Of a stretch of 64,000 nt of DNA, positions 17,776-27,629 are shown piece after piece (the first letter of the stretch is position 1; each line of letters begins with the position of its first letter). A program made the position numbers and the translations under genes. The notes under the pieces are model-generated. The model ran no database searches and was not told the DNA's origin. It was given only the letters and a program-made list of their open reading frames with translations. The stretch comes from a bacterium (GTDB lineage Bacteria > Patescibacteriota > Minisyncoccia > UBA6257 > GWB1-50-10), in assembly GCA_021815205.1 (NCBI GenBank), contig JAKAHD010000004.1:4990-68989 (forward strand). Reading direction: 5' to 3'.

Positions 17776-18939
17776 ATGGCAAACGAAACCAATCAGCCCG
17801 GCGGGTGGCAGCCGGCAAAGCCTCTCGGGACAGGGGAAAGCGAGTCGCCGATCGTAAACCAGCCACAAGCTCCGCAGGTGGGGATACGCACAATGAACTC
17901 CGACAAGTCGTCGATCACTACGGGAGATACCGCCCCGAAAACCTATGCTCCGCAGGCCCCCGCATCGTCTCCTTCGAGGGGGTCATCGCCCGCACCCGCT
18001 CCGTCTCCCGTCTCTTCCGCGCCCTCCGCGCCTTCTTTCTCTTCGCAGTCCTTCGAACTTCCCCAGATCGACATGGGAAGCTCTCCCTCGATAACCCCTC
18101 CAAAACCGAAGAAGAACAACAAAGGGCTCTTCGTCGCGCTCGTGACGTGTATTGTAATCATAGGCCTTGCGGCGATCGGTTATTTCGTAGTGTATCCCAT
18201 GCTCGCGGGGTCGGGTTCCGCAACACCTCCTGTCGTTTCGAACATTCCTCCCCAACCATCGAACGCCGCGCCGCAGAATCCGAACCAGCCCGCCGGAGCC
18301 GCTACCACCACTCCAACTTCTACGGAGATTGTTCCCACCTCGACCGCAACCACAACTTCTCCCGCGTCTCCGGTACCTGCGACTCACGTTACTCCCTTTA
18401 AAACCGCTCTCGATGGATCAATAACGCTCCAGTCGGCAATCACGGGCGCCGGCCTCGGCGCGGTAACGCTCCCTTCTTCTTCAAAAAATCCGGGACTTAC
18501 CGAGATAACCTACAAGGACGGCACGGGCAATTTCATTTCTTTCTCTGATATTATGCACACGCTCTTCGGCGCCGACTTCGCGTCAGGAGCGCTCTATAAC
18601 GCATTTGCCGCAACAAGCACTTCCGGATTTATCTACACCGACGCGCAAGGAAACAAGATGCTTGGCATCGTCGCGGTTGCCAACCCCTCAGCATCGCTTG
18701 CCGCGATCAAATCTGGGTTCGCACAGGCCTTTGAAGCCAATCAAAATCTCAAGAACATTTTTGCGAATGACCCCGGCGCGCAGAACGCCTGGAAGAGCGG
18801 CGAGACAAACGGTATTGCAAACCGCTACATTACGTTCGCAAATCCCGGATTTTCGGTGAACTACGGATGGGTGGGAAGTACCCTTGTGATTAGCTCCTCA
18901 TACGACGGATTCAAGGCGATCTTGGGGCACCTTCAGTAG
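17776..18939 (+). CDS. Hypothetical Pro/Ser/Thr/Ala-rich membrane-anchored protein
   Basis: A low-complexity N-terminal region is followed by a TM helix (LFVALVTCIVIIGLAAIGYFVVY) and a ~250-aa extracytoplasmic domain. Confidence 0.45.
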   Translation: MANETNQPGGWQPAKPLGTGESESPIVNQPQAPQVGIRTMNSDKSSITTGDTAPKTYAPQAPASSPSRGSSPAPAPSPVSSAPSAPSFSSQSFELPQIDMGSSPSITPPKPKKNNKGLFVALVTCIVIIGLAAIGYFVVYPMLAGSGSATPPVVSNIPPQPSNAAPQNPNQPAGAATTTPTSTEIVPTSTATTTSPASPVPATHVTPFKTALDGSITLQSAITGAGLGAVTLPSSSKNPGLTEITYKDGTGNFISFSDIMHTLFGADFASGALYNAFAATSTSGFIYTDAQGNKMLGIVAVANPSASLAAIKSGFAQAFEANQNLKNIFANDPGAQNAWKSGETNGIANRYITFANPGFSVNYGWVGSTLVISSSYDGFKAILGHLQ

Positions 18940-18944
18940 GATTC

Positions 18945-19090
18945 TCCCATGAGGTCCAACCTCCTATGGAGGTTGTTCTCCCATGAGGTCCTATGAGGTC
19001 CAACCTCCATAGGAGGTTGGACCTCATAGGTATATTCAGTAGGTTCTCGCTACACGAGGTCCAACCTCCTATGGAGGTTGGACCTCGTTA
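18945..19090. repeat. Tandem array of three family D hairpins (GAGGTCCAACCTCC(T)ATGGAGGTTGGACCTC), including a 36-bp perfect palindrome at 18994-19029
   Basis: Direct reading of the sequence. REP/BIME-like cluster. Confidence 0.65.
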
Positions 19091-19148
19091 TGGGTTCCGT
19101 GTTTTGCGCTCACCCGCGAAGTGTGGTACCCTCTCTATATTCAAAATT

Positions 19149-19484
19149 ATGAAAAAAGAATACAAGGAAATGGAAGAAAAGTTGAGGCGAGAAAAGGCAG
19201 AGATTGAGGAAGAACTCGCGAAGCTAAAAACAACGCTTGACTTCGGAGACGAAACCGACCACGAAGAGGAGGAAAGCGACGAATCGGAGGAGATTGGAAA
19301 TTATCTCGGGATCAAGAAATCGCAGGACGCACGCCTCAATCAGATTAATCACGCGCTCGAAAAGATTGCGGACGGGAGCTACGGCGTCTGCGAGAAGTGT
19401 GGGAAATCGATCGAACAAAAAATTCTCGATATCGATCCGGAATCGCTTTTATGCAAGGCCTGTAAGCAGAAGGGGAGGAATTAA
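19149..19484 (+). CDS. DksA/TraR-family C4-type zinc-finger protein
   Basis: Coiled-coil N-terminus and C-terminal CEKCGKSI...CKACKQ zinc finger. Confidence 0.6.
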   Translation: MKKEYKEMEEKLRREKAEIEEELAKLKTTLDFGDETDHEEEESDESEEIGNYLGIKKSQDARLNQINHALEKIADGSYGVCEKCGKSIEQKILDIDPESLLCKACKQKGRN

Positions 19485-19497
19485 ACGTGTTGCATTC

Positions 19498-21036
19498 ATG
19501 CAGGAGGTTCCGAAACTTCTTTCAGCGGAACTTGACGGCATCACCGCCGAACCTATTGAAGTAGAGGCCGACTTGAACGTCGGTCTTCATGCGTTTAACA
19601 TCGTGGGCCTCGCCGACAAGGCCTTGAATGAAGCGAAGGAGCGCGTGAACTCCGCGCTCAAGAACTCGGGTATTCGGCCTCCCACAAAAGAAAATCGGCG
19701 CATCACGGTGAATCTCGCGCCCGCGGATATCAGGAAGGTGGGGTCGCGATTCGATCTGCCGATCGCGCTCGCCTACCTCATGGCAAGCGAACAGCTTGCT
19801 CCTTTTAAGACCAGCGACAAGGTGTTTGTGGGAGAGCTTTCTCTTGACGGAACGCTCCGTCCCGTCACGGGCTGTCTTAATATTGCCCTCATGGCGCGCG
19901 ACCGCGGGCTCAAGGAGCTTTTCCTTCCGGAAATAAACGCCGAGGAGGCATCGGTTATTAAGGAGGTAACCGTCTTCCCCGTAAGGACGCTTTCCGAACT
20001 TATCGGCCACCTCGAGGGTGTGTCTCCCATACCTCCTTATCCGCACGCGCCGCAGGAAGGGACGTATACTCCCTCGCTCGTAACCCTCGGGGAAATCAAG
20101 GGGCAGGGCGCGGCAAAGCGCGCGCTCCTTATCGCGGCGGCGGGAGGGCACAACATCCTTTTTTCGGGGCCCCCGGGGACCGGGAAGACCATGCTCGCCC
20201 AGGCGCTCGTCTCGATTCTTCCTCCGCCCTCCCTTCAGGAAAAAATAGAAATTACTTCGATCTACAGCGCCGCGGGACTCTTGCGCCGCGATCTTTCTTT
20301 CATGCACTTCCGCCCCTTCAGGGCGCCGCACCACAGCGCGTCCTTGATCGCGATCGTGGGAGGCGGCCAAAACCCGAAACCGGGAGAAATAAGTCTCGCG
20401 CATCGCGGCGTGCTCTTCCTTGATGAAGCGCCCGAGTTTCACCGCGATGTGCTCGAGGGATTGCGCCAGCCGCTTGAAGGAGGAATGGTCTCGATCGCCC
20501 GGGCACGAAAAGCGCTGCTCCTTCCCTCACGTTTCATACTTGCCGCGGCGATGAATCCGTGCCCGTGCGGCTACTTCGGCGACCCAGAGAAAGAATGCAC
20601 CTGCACCGCCCGCGAGGTGTTCCGCTACAAAAAGCGGCTCTCCGGGCCGCTCTTGGACCGCATCGACATCCAGTTCGAGGTTCCCCGCATCACAATCGAG
20701 GTACTTCGCGAGGAGAAAACGGGAGAAGGAGATGGCGGGGCGCGGGAGGCGGTGGCGCGTGCGCGAGCGATACAACGGGAACGGTTTGCGCGGCACGGGA
20801 TCTCCGTCTACACGAACAGTGAGCTCTCCTCAAAACATATCGACGAGCTTGCCGCGCTCGAACCCGCCGCCGAGTCGTTCTTGAAAGATACACTCGAGCG
20901 GGCGTTTGTTTCGACAAGAAGCTATTATCGTATTCTGAAAGTGGCGCAGACCATCGCCGACCTTGCATCAAGCCCCGTGATAAAAAAAGACCACCTCTCG
21001 GAGGCGTTTCAATATAGGATAAGAACAAACGAATAA
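19498..21036 (+). CDS. comM: YifB/ComM-family Mg-chelatase-like AAA+ ATPase
   Basis: N-terminal ChlI-like region, Walker A GPPGTGKT and GVLFLDEAPEF. 512 aa. Confidence 0.8.
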   Translation: MQEVPKLLSAELDGITAEPIEVEADLNVGLHAFNIVGLADKALNEAKERVNSALKNSGIRPPTKENRRITVNLAPADIRKVGSRFDLPIALAYLMASEQLAPFKTSDKVFVGELSLDGTLRPVTGCLNIALMARDRGLKELFLPEINAEEASVIKEVTVFPVRTLSELIGHLEGVSPIPPYPHAPQEGTYTPSLVTLGEIKGQGAAKRALLIAAAGGHNILFSGPPGTGKTMLAQALVSILPPPSLQEKIEITSIYSAAGLLRRDLSFMHFRPFRAPHHSASLIAIVGGGQNPKPGEISLAHRGVLFLDEAPEFHRDVLEGLRQPLEGGMVSIARARKALLLPSRFILAAAMNPCPCGYFGDPEKECTCTAREVFRYKKRLSGPLLDRIDIQFEVPRITIEVLREEKTGEGDGGAREAVARARAIQRERFARHGISVYTNSELSSKHIDELAALEPAAESFLKDTLERAFVSTRSYYRILKVAQTIADLASSPVIKKDHLSEAFQYRIRTNE

Positions 21037-21155
21037 TTTCTAGTTTAAAATTCTTAATTTTTAATCAAATTAGAATGAATTAATTTTTAAAATTAAAACA
21101 TTGTTTACTTAAAAATTGAATAAAAATTTCAAATTAAAAATTTAAAATTGCAGAA
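21037..21155. repeat. Family F AT-rich intergenic repeat, copy 3
   Basis: Aligns with 5645-5760. Confidence 0.6.
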
Positions 21156-22253
21156 TTACTTCGTCACCGCAAACGGATTCTTCGCGCCGTACACCTCAAA
21201 GTGCAGGTGGCAGCCCGTGGGCCCGTGCGTGTTTCCCGTGTTGCCCATAAGTCCTATTGTTTCTCCCTGCGTCACGTAGTCGCCGGGTTTTACGAGCGCC
21301 TTCGCGAGGTGTGCGTATCGCGTCCGGGTGCGGTTCGGATGCTCGACCAGCACGAAGATCCCATACCCGTTGTTCCATCCTCCGGCGCCGCTTCCCAAAC
21401 TCTCGTCGGAGATAACGAGTCCCTCGGCGGCCGCATTGACCGGCGTGCCGCACTGATTCGCGATATCAATCGCATTATAGTCGTGCAGTTCGCCCCAGTT
21501 CCATCCGATCGCGGGAAGGGAAAAGTAATTTTTGAGATCGGGGAGGTTCGCGACGTCCGCCGCCAATCCCTGCCGACGCTCGGAGGGGAGCGACTGTGCG
21601 TAAGGAAGGGTGATACTCCCGCTCCCGTTACTCAATGCCGTCTCGTAGTTTGGGTTATATTTCTTAATAAGCTCGCTGTCAATGTGATAGCGGCTCGATA
21701 TGTCTTGCAGAGTATCACCGCGCCGCACGTGATACACAATTCCCGATACGGGAAGGATGAGGAGTTTCTGCCCCACACTCAACCTTGATCCGACGCCTGG
21801 ATTTGCCCGAAGTATCGTCTCCTCCGAAACTTGAAAACGGACGGCAATACTCGTAATAGTATCTCCGCGACGCACCTTGTACTCCTTAAGTCCTCCGCCT
21901 ATCGGTGAGAGGTTGCTTAATGGATTTGAAGACGCCACCACCGCCGTATTGTCCGCGACCAAGACGCCATTCAACGCGGGTTCAGATAACCGAAGCGTCG
22001 AGGAGGGGGGTGTTGCTCCCGCAGAGGCCGCAATCGTCTCCGGTTTCTGCACCGGTCCTCCAAATCCCCACAGATCTTCGTTTTGATAGACATCTGCGCG
22101 CTTCATGTTCGCCCCGAAGGCCGTCCCGAAGAGCGCGAGGGCGAGTACAAAAAGCACCGACCAGAAGCTGGTCGTTCTTGGAACCCCTCGTTTCCAGAGG
22201 GTCTTTAATTGAGACAAGATCGTACTTATGGGTAGAGTATAGCACATCTCCAT
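21156..22253 (-). CDS. Peptidase M23 family protein with two LysM domains (cell-wall hydrolase)
   Basis: Two LysM motifs (VRRGDTITSIAVRF and VRRGDTLQDISSRY). M23 catalytic HxH motif (CHLHFEV) and GNTGN.TGPH. Confidence 0.8.
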   Translation of the reverse strand: MEMCYTLPISTILSQLKTLWKRGVPRTTSFWSVLFVLALALFGTAFGANMKRADVYQNEDLWGFGGPVQKPETIAASAGATPPSSTLRLSEPALNGVLVADNTAVVASSNPLSNLSPIGGGLKEYKVRRGDTITSIAVRFQVSEETILRANPGVGSRLSVGQKLLILPVSGIVYHVRRGDTLQDISSRYHIDSELIKKYNPNYETALSNGSGSITLPYAQSLPSERRQGLAADVANLPDLKNYFSLPAIGWNWGELHDYNAIDIANQCGTPVNAAAEGLVISDESLGSGAGGWNNGYGIFVLVEHPNRTRTRYAHLAKALVKPGDYVTQGETIGLMGNTGNTHGPTGCHLHFEVYGAKNPFAVTK

Positions 22254-22413
22254 TCCGGGGCAATGGCACGCATCTCACGGGTACAATCAATGTGGATGTT
22301 AAGACGATGAGAGGAGTATGGTAAAAATTTCTAATTTCTAATTGACCTAATGTCTAATGAGACCGTCCCTGCTCCTCTTCCGATTATCTCCTGTGAGGCG
22401 GTACAATGAACGT

Positions 22414-23529
22414 ATGCCACGAAAGCTGGGTCAGCATTTTTTGAAGAACAAGGATGCTATCAAAAAAACGGTTGCCGCACTCGATGTGAAGGACGGCGAT
22501 ATTGTTATTGAAGTGGGGCCGGGGCATGGAGAACTCACAGAATATCTCAAAATGCAAAAATCAAAATGTAAAATTATCGCCATCGAAAAAGATGCGCGGC
22601 TTGCAAATTTCCTTGAAAAGAAATTTTTGTCATATTCCCATCCCGCCAGCTCTCCTTTTCTCCGTCATCCTGAGTCCTCCTCTTCGGCGGACGAAGGATC
22701 TCTCCACGGAGATTCCTCTCCGCCAAAGGCGGATCGGAATGACAGGAAGGGTGGGTGGCGGACTTGGAATAACAACGGGGAAGAGAGTCGGAGGGTTGAG
22801 ATTATTCACGGCGACATTTTAAAAATCCTTCCCACCATCATTGCCGAAGTAATGAATGAAGAAGATTCCCGTGCGGCGGAAAAAGTGGGTGAAGGACTGC
22901 GTCCTTCTTCCGACATCGTTCGGCTGAAATATGAGCATGCTCTTATTTCACTCCTCGCTCGTCGGAATAGGACTTGGGCTAGCGCCCCGGAGCGCACACT
23001 TTTTCTGCCGCACGGGAATCTTTCGTACAAACTCATCGGCAACATTCCCTACTACCTCACGGGGTATCTTCTCCGCACAATAAGCGAGCTCCCGATTCTT
23101 CCCGAGCGCGCGGTCTTCATGATTCAAAAGGAGGTTGCGGAGCGGATTGTGGCGCTCCCGCCGCGCATGAACCTCCTTGCGGCGAGCGTTCGCTACTGGA
23201 GCGATCCCAAAATCATAGCCGCCGTCTCAAAAGACGACTTTTCCCCGCCCCCCAAGGTCGAGTCCGCGGTGATACTCCTCAAAACACTCCCTTCTGCGAC
23301 AAAAACTCGCACACTCCCGAAAGAAAACTACTACCGCGCCGTGAAATTACTCTTTGCACACCCGAGAAAAACTATCTTGAACAACATTAGGCCTGGTTTT
23401 CATCCCTTCCAGAACGATTTTTTGGGCGAACTTGAGCGGGCGGGCATCAATCCGGAGGGAAGGCCCCAGAATCTGAGCGTACATGATATAAAAAAGATAA
23501 GCGAAATAGTGTACAATATGAATGAGTAA
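22414..23529 (+). CDS. rsmA: 16S rRNA (adenine1518/1519-N6)-dimethyltransferase RsmA/KsgA, carrying two in-frame insertions derived from repeat families A and B
   Basis: LGQHFL...EVGPGHGELT...IAIEKD and C-terminal KsgA motifs. About 100 extra residues relative to typical KsgA are encoded by repeat sequences at 22672-22746 and 22971-23003. Confidence 0.8.
   Translation: MPRKLGQHFLKNKDAIKKTVAALDVKDGDIVIEVGPGHGELTEYLKMQKSKCKIIAIEKDARLANFLEKKFLSYSHPASSPFLRHPESSSSADEGSLHGDSSPPKADRNDRKGGWRTWNNNGEESRRVEIIHGDILKILPTIIAEVMNEEDSRAAEKVGEGLRPSSDIVRLKYEHALISLLARRNRTWASAPERTLFLPHGNLSYKLIGNIPYYLTGYLLRTISELPILPERAVFMIQKEVAERIVALPPRMNLLAASVRYWSDPKIIAAVSKDDFSPPPKVESAVILLKTLPSATKTRTLPKENYYRAVKLLFAHPRKTILNNIRPGFHPFQNDFLGELERAGINPEGRPQNLSVHDIKKISEIVYNMNE
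22672..22746. repeat. Head-to-head pair of family A repeats inserted in frame in rsmA
   Basis: CGTCATCCTGAGTCCTCCTCTTCGGCGGACGAAGGATC ... GATTCCTCTCCGCCAAAGGCGGATCGGAATGAC. Confidence 0.65.
22971..23003. repeat. Family B repeat inserted in frame in rsmA (encodes TWASAPERTL)
   Basis: Identical core to 9633-9668. Confidence 0.7.
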
Positions 23530-24388
23530 GTGCGCCTCATGCCGAATGGCGCGGTCGTCAAACAATAATTTTTCAATGAAAGGAACGGGGCCTAAAAAAT
23601 CCGTGCGGAAGCGAAGAATAATAATATCCACAGTCATCCTTGGATGCGGCGTATTTCTCGCGTTTCTGCTCGTACTGGGCGCTTCCTCAGCGTCGCAAAA
23701 GCCGCTCGTTTCGGTGGTGGGGGGAAGCGATCAAAATCTGCAGACCAATAGCGGCGGGGGGTTTTTCAACCTGAACCCGCTCGGCACGACTACCGACGCG
23801 GCTTCCGGTAAAAATCTTACTAGTGAATTCGCGCAGAACTATGTAAAAAACGTCTTCACCGTGAACACCCAAAACCCCTCCAACGCCTCGGGAACGCTCC
23901 GCTTGCCCGCACCCGGTACCGTAAATAACGCGCTCGCCAAGGTACTCTCAAGCGATCTGGAGTATCCGACCTTTACGGAGAAGGATATTAGGGTGGGGAG
24001 CGATAACTCAACCTCAAGTAAGATGCGTTATATGAACGCTATCAGTGCTGTTACGCAAAGAAATTTCGGAACATTCAAAATAGAAACCACCAAAATACTG
24101 AGCGATCTTTTTCAAAATAACGATGCGGAGCCGCTCGCGCAATATACAAATATAATCCGTTCGGAAATACGGGACACGCTCGCGCTCGAAGTTCCTCCCC
24201 AGTTTGTGCTGTGGCATCTCCAAGATCTGAATCTTTGGCAAAAGAAACTTACCCTTTTCACCGCGGTGCTTAACTTTAATAGCGATCCGCTCAAGGCCGC
24301 CGTTGCGGTCCAACAAATCAAGGGGGTGCTCCAAGAAACCGCATCGCTCCAGGATACCATCCAAAAACAATATAAGAACCTCGAATAG
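23522..24388 (+). CDS. Hypothetical secreted or membrane-anchored protein, first gene of the T4SS-like operon. The real start is possibly ATG 23576.
   Basis: N-terminal TM helix (IISTVILGCGVFLAFLLVLGA) followed by a Thr/Asn-rich domain. Confidence 0.45.
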   Translation: MSKCASCRMARSSNNNFSMKGTGPKKSVRKRRIIISTVILGCGVFLAFLLVLGASSASQKPLVSVVGGSDQNLQTNSGGGFFNLNPLGTTTDAASGKNLTSEFAQNYVKNVFTVNTQNPSNASGTLRLPAPGTVNNALAKVLSSDLEYPTFTEKDIRVGSDNSTSSKMRYMNAISAVTQRNFGTFKIETTKILSDLFQNNDAEPLAQYTNIIRSEIRDTLALEVPPQFVLWHLQDLNLWQKKLTLFTAVLNFNSDPLKAAVAVQQIKGVLQETASLQDTIQKQYKNLE

Positions 24389-24389
24389 C

Positions 24390-25928
24390 ATGTTTTCTCT
24401 TGGGAATAGATGTAAAAAAATTCTTGTGGCCGTTCTCGGAATTGCCATAATTTCCGCTTCTTTTCCTGGTGTATTTTTAAGGCGTGCGAGCGCAATCGTC
24501 ACCCCCCCACTGATCGTATTAGATCCCACGGTTACGGCAACACTCGCGGCAACTCAAGCGGCGAACCTTGCGGCGCTCCATGTCGGATGGCTTGAGGAGG
24601 TGCTTTATCACATCCAGAAAGCGTGGGAATTTATCCAGAAATACGTACTTGATGCACTCCTCGCCTCCCTCAAAAAACGCCTTCTTGATGAGATCACAAA
24701 CGAGACGATACAGTGGATTCAGAACGGGAAGACGCCGGTTTTCACGCAAAATTTCGGCGACGTGTTCCGAACCGCGGCGGATCAGGCGGCGGGGGACGTG
24801 CTCCAAAACCTAGGTGAGGGTCAGCTCTGCACGGGACTTCCGCAAAAACTCTACAATCTCCAGCTTACCCAGCCGCAACCCCTCCGGCAAAGCGTGAGTT
24901 GTACGCTCTCACAGGTGGTGGGGAACATCGAGGCGTTCAAACAAAACTTTTCACAAGGAGGGTGGGTTGGATACCAGGACCTCTTGATGCCGCAAAACAA
25001 CCAGTACGGTATTATGATACTTACTCAACAAGCGCTACAGAACGAGTTGAGCCAAAAAACCCAGTCGGCGGTGCTACTCCAGCAAGTGAATCAGGGGTTT
25101 AACATCAAACAATGCACCACATGGAGATTGTATGAAAAAGCGACAAACCAACCGGTGCCGAACTCCGATGAAAACGTTACTGACCAACCTCCGTCTGCCG
25201 ATCCAGCGCTCGAATACAGGTGTGTCGAGGAAAAAGTGACTACCCCGGGAAGAACCGTTGCGGACAGCGTAAGCAAAGCGCTCGGCTCGAATATTGATTT
25301 CATTGTGAATACCAACGACCTCTCGAACGCGCTCGGTATGGTGCTTGATGCGGCGTTCAACAGGCTTATGAAGGCCGGGGTGAGCGGACTTGCAAGCTTC
25401 ACGCAAAGTTCAGGAAAGGGCATTGATTCGTCAACGCTTGGAAATGCGCTTACCGATTACTCCCAAGGGAGGAATATCACCATCAACACCAACCAATCTT
25501 CTCTTTCGGACTCTCTCTCGAAACTTATCGCGCAGGCGTCAAGCACTCTGCGAGACGCATCCGACACGCTTGTATCCGCATCGAGTTCCGCGGCATATCT
25601 CTATCAAACCGCGTTCGCGCTCAAGGACTGCCTGGGACCGAATGCGTCCTCAACCGACATTGCATGGGCGACAAGCACGATGGCGCTCGCAAGCTCGACC
25701 TACCCCGCGCAGATCACGCAACAACGGGCCGATGTGGCACGTGAGATTCCCCTTGTGCAAAATCTCACTCCCGAATACTCGAATAAGAACGCGATTGACG
25801 CCGCGGTTTCCGCCGCAACCAAGCTGAAATCGGACGCCACAACACTCTCAAACGCCATAGAATCTAATGTCGCCGAGGCGCAAAACCGATTAAGCGCTTG
25901 TATAAACACCACTCACACCTCACTGTAA
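24390..25928 (+). CDS. Hypothetical secreted protein (512 aa; N-terminal TM/signal; Ser/Thr/Ala/Gln-rich)
   Basis: N-terminal hydrophobic helix. Operon-internal position upstream of the VirB6-like gene. Confidence 0.45.
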   Translation: MFSLGNRCKKILVAVLGIAIISASFPGVFLRRASAIVTPPLIVLDPTVTATLAATQAANLAALHVGWLEEVLYHIQKAWEFIQKYVLDALLASLKKRLLDEITNETIQWIQNGKTPVFTQNFGDVFRTAADQAAGDVLQNLGEGQLCTGLPQKLYNLQLTQPQPLRQSVSCTLSQVVGNIEAFKQNFSQGGWVGYQDLLMPQNNQYGIMILTQQALQNELSQKTQSAVLLQQVNQGFNIKQCTTWRLYEKATNQPVPNSDENVTDQPPSADPALEYRCVEEKVTTPGRTVADSVSKALGSNIDFIVNTNDLSNALGMVLDAAFNRLMKAGVSGLASFTQSSGKGIDSSTLGNALTDYSQGRNITINTNQSSLSDSLSKLIAQASSTLRDASDTLVSASSSAAYLYQTAFALKDCLGPNASSTDIAWATSTMALASSTYPAQITQQRADVAREIPLVQNLTPEYSNKNAIDAAVSAATKLKSDATTLSNAIESNVAEAQNRLSACINTTHTSL

Positions 25929-25931
25929 CCC

Positions 25932-27617
25932 ATGAAGCGGCCTCTGAAAAAAATCCTCATTCCCGCGGCGCTCCTTGCGCTCGTGTTCTTTGTGGTGCCG
26001 CATCTCGCGTATGCAATATGGCCGTTTCCTTCGCTGGGGGAGATTGTCTCGGGAGTGTTGCGGTTACTTGCGTATGTTCTAAATTTCATCTTCGGGACTC
26101 TCTTTATGCTCGGCGCGATGCTCGCGAAAGCGATACTCGATCTGAACTTCAATATCCTCACCACTCAGAACGGCCTGGTGCAGGTGGGGTGGAAAATCTC
26201 GCGCGACCTTGCAAATCTCGGCTTTGTGCTCCTCATTATTTTTATCGCGTTCGGCACCATCCTCCGCATCGAGAGTTACGGGGCGAAGAAGCTCCTTCCA
26301 ATGCTCATCGGGGCCGCGATCATCGTGAACTTCAGCTTGGCAATCGGCGGCGTATTCATCAACTTCTCGAACGTCCTCTCAAACTCGTTCATTACGAAGA
26401 TGGGGGATAATTTTACTACGTCCATCGCGGGCGCCTTCGGCGCCCAGCGGCTCCTCTTGCCCCCCGACAATCCGCCGCCGCCCGACCCCGCGGAGCAGGG
26501 AGGAGCGCTCGTCGGTTTTTCGAGTGTGGTTTTGATCGGCCTCGCAAACTTGATTTTTATCTCCGTCTTTACGCTTATTGCGGCGCTCGTGATGTTCCTT
26601 ATCGCCGGCATGCTCCTTATCCGGTACATCGTGCTCTCGTTTCTCCTTATCCTCGCCCCGATCACATGGCTCTTCTGGGCGTTTCCATCCCTGAAGCATC
26701 TCTTCTCCAAGTGGTGGAGCTCGTTTATCGAGTGGGTGTTCTTTGCGCCCGCGATGCTCTTCTTTGTCTACATCGCGGTGCTTTCGGCGCAAAATCTAAA
26801 GGATGTTATCCAGCCCACTGGCTCCGGGTTTAGCGGTATTTTGAGCACTGTGATGTCAACGGGAATGCAGATGGTGGTCCTCGCAGGAGTTCTTGTGGGC
26901 GGCGTGATCGCCGCGCAGAAGATGGGGATCGCGGGGGCGAGCGCGGCGGTAAACGCCGGAAAGAAGGTGGGGAAGAGCACGCAGAAATGGGCGGGGAAAC
27001 AAGCCGCGAAGGGCGCTTCGTACCCGCTTCGCACCGTAACCGGAAGAAAAACGGCGGAAAAACTTCAAACATTCGGCGCAAAGAGCGGGTTTATTGGAAG
27101 AACTCTTTCGGCGCCTCTGCGACAAATTGGTGCCGCGTTAAGTGACGCGCGACTTAAGAGTGAGGACTACACCACGAAGGGGGTAAGAAACACCGTACGC
27201 GGCAGGTCTATTGAGGAGAATGCGAGGCGCCTCCCGCACGCTTCATCTGAAGAGAAGAATGAGATATTAAAATTCTTCCGAGATATGATAGCCCACGGCA
27301 ACACAGCCCAAAAAGAAGCGGCTAATAAAGCGGTTAGAAATGCCCCGGAAAGGGTGCTCGATAAAGAAGCGCGCCTGAAATTTCTCTACGGCGGTGGGGG
27401 AGTGGCTGGCACACGTTATGGGATGCCTAAATTGAAAAATGAGGGGAGATTTTTTCCAAGAATTGAGTTTAGAAATACATTCGTAGAAGAAAATATGCCA
27501 GAGACAAAAGAGGCGGACAAACTTGAACAAGTAAAACGTCTCCTATTTGAGGAGGGGGGTGGGGCCCCTGCTCCAGGCGGTACCGCACCTACCGGCGGAG
27601 GGAGCAACTCTCATTAG
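25932..27617 (+). CDS. VirB6/TrbL-like polytopic membrane protein with a hydrophilic C-terminal tail
   Basis: At least 7 predicted TM helices in the first ~330 aa, followed by a charged tail. Sits beside VirB3-like and VirB4 genes. Assignment is by architecture and context only. Confidence 0.5.
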   Translation: MKRPLKKILIPAALLALVFFVVPHLAYAIWPFPSLGEIVSGVLRLLAYVLNFIFGTLFMLGAMLAKAILDLNFNILTTQNGLVQVGWKISRDLANLGFVLLIIFIAFGTILRIESYGAKKLLPMLIGAAIIVNFSLAIGGVFINFSNVLSNSFITKMGDNFTTSIAGAFGAQRLLLPPDNPPPPDPAEQGGALVGFSSVVLIGLANLIFISVFTLIAALVMFLIAGMLLIRYIVLSFLLILAPITWLFWAFPSLKHLFSKWWSSFIEWVFFAPAMLFFVYIAVLSAQNLKDVIQPTGSGFSGILSTVMSTGMQMVVLAGVLVGGVIAAQKMGIAGASAAVNAGKKVGKSTQKWAGKQAAKGASYPLRTVTGRKTAEKLQTFGAKSGFIGRTLSAPLRQIGAALSDARLKSEDYTTKGVRNTVRGRSIEENARRLPHASSEEKNEILKFFRDMIAHGNTAQKEAANKAVRNAPERVLDKEARLKFLYGGGGVAGTRYGMPKLKNEGRFFPRIEFRNTFVEENMPETKEADKLEQVKRLLFEEGGGAPAPGGTAPTGGGSNSH

Positions 27618-27629
27618 TAATCGCTTATT

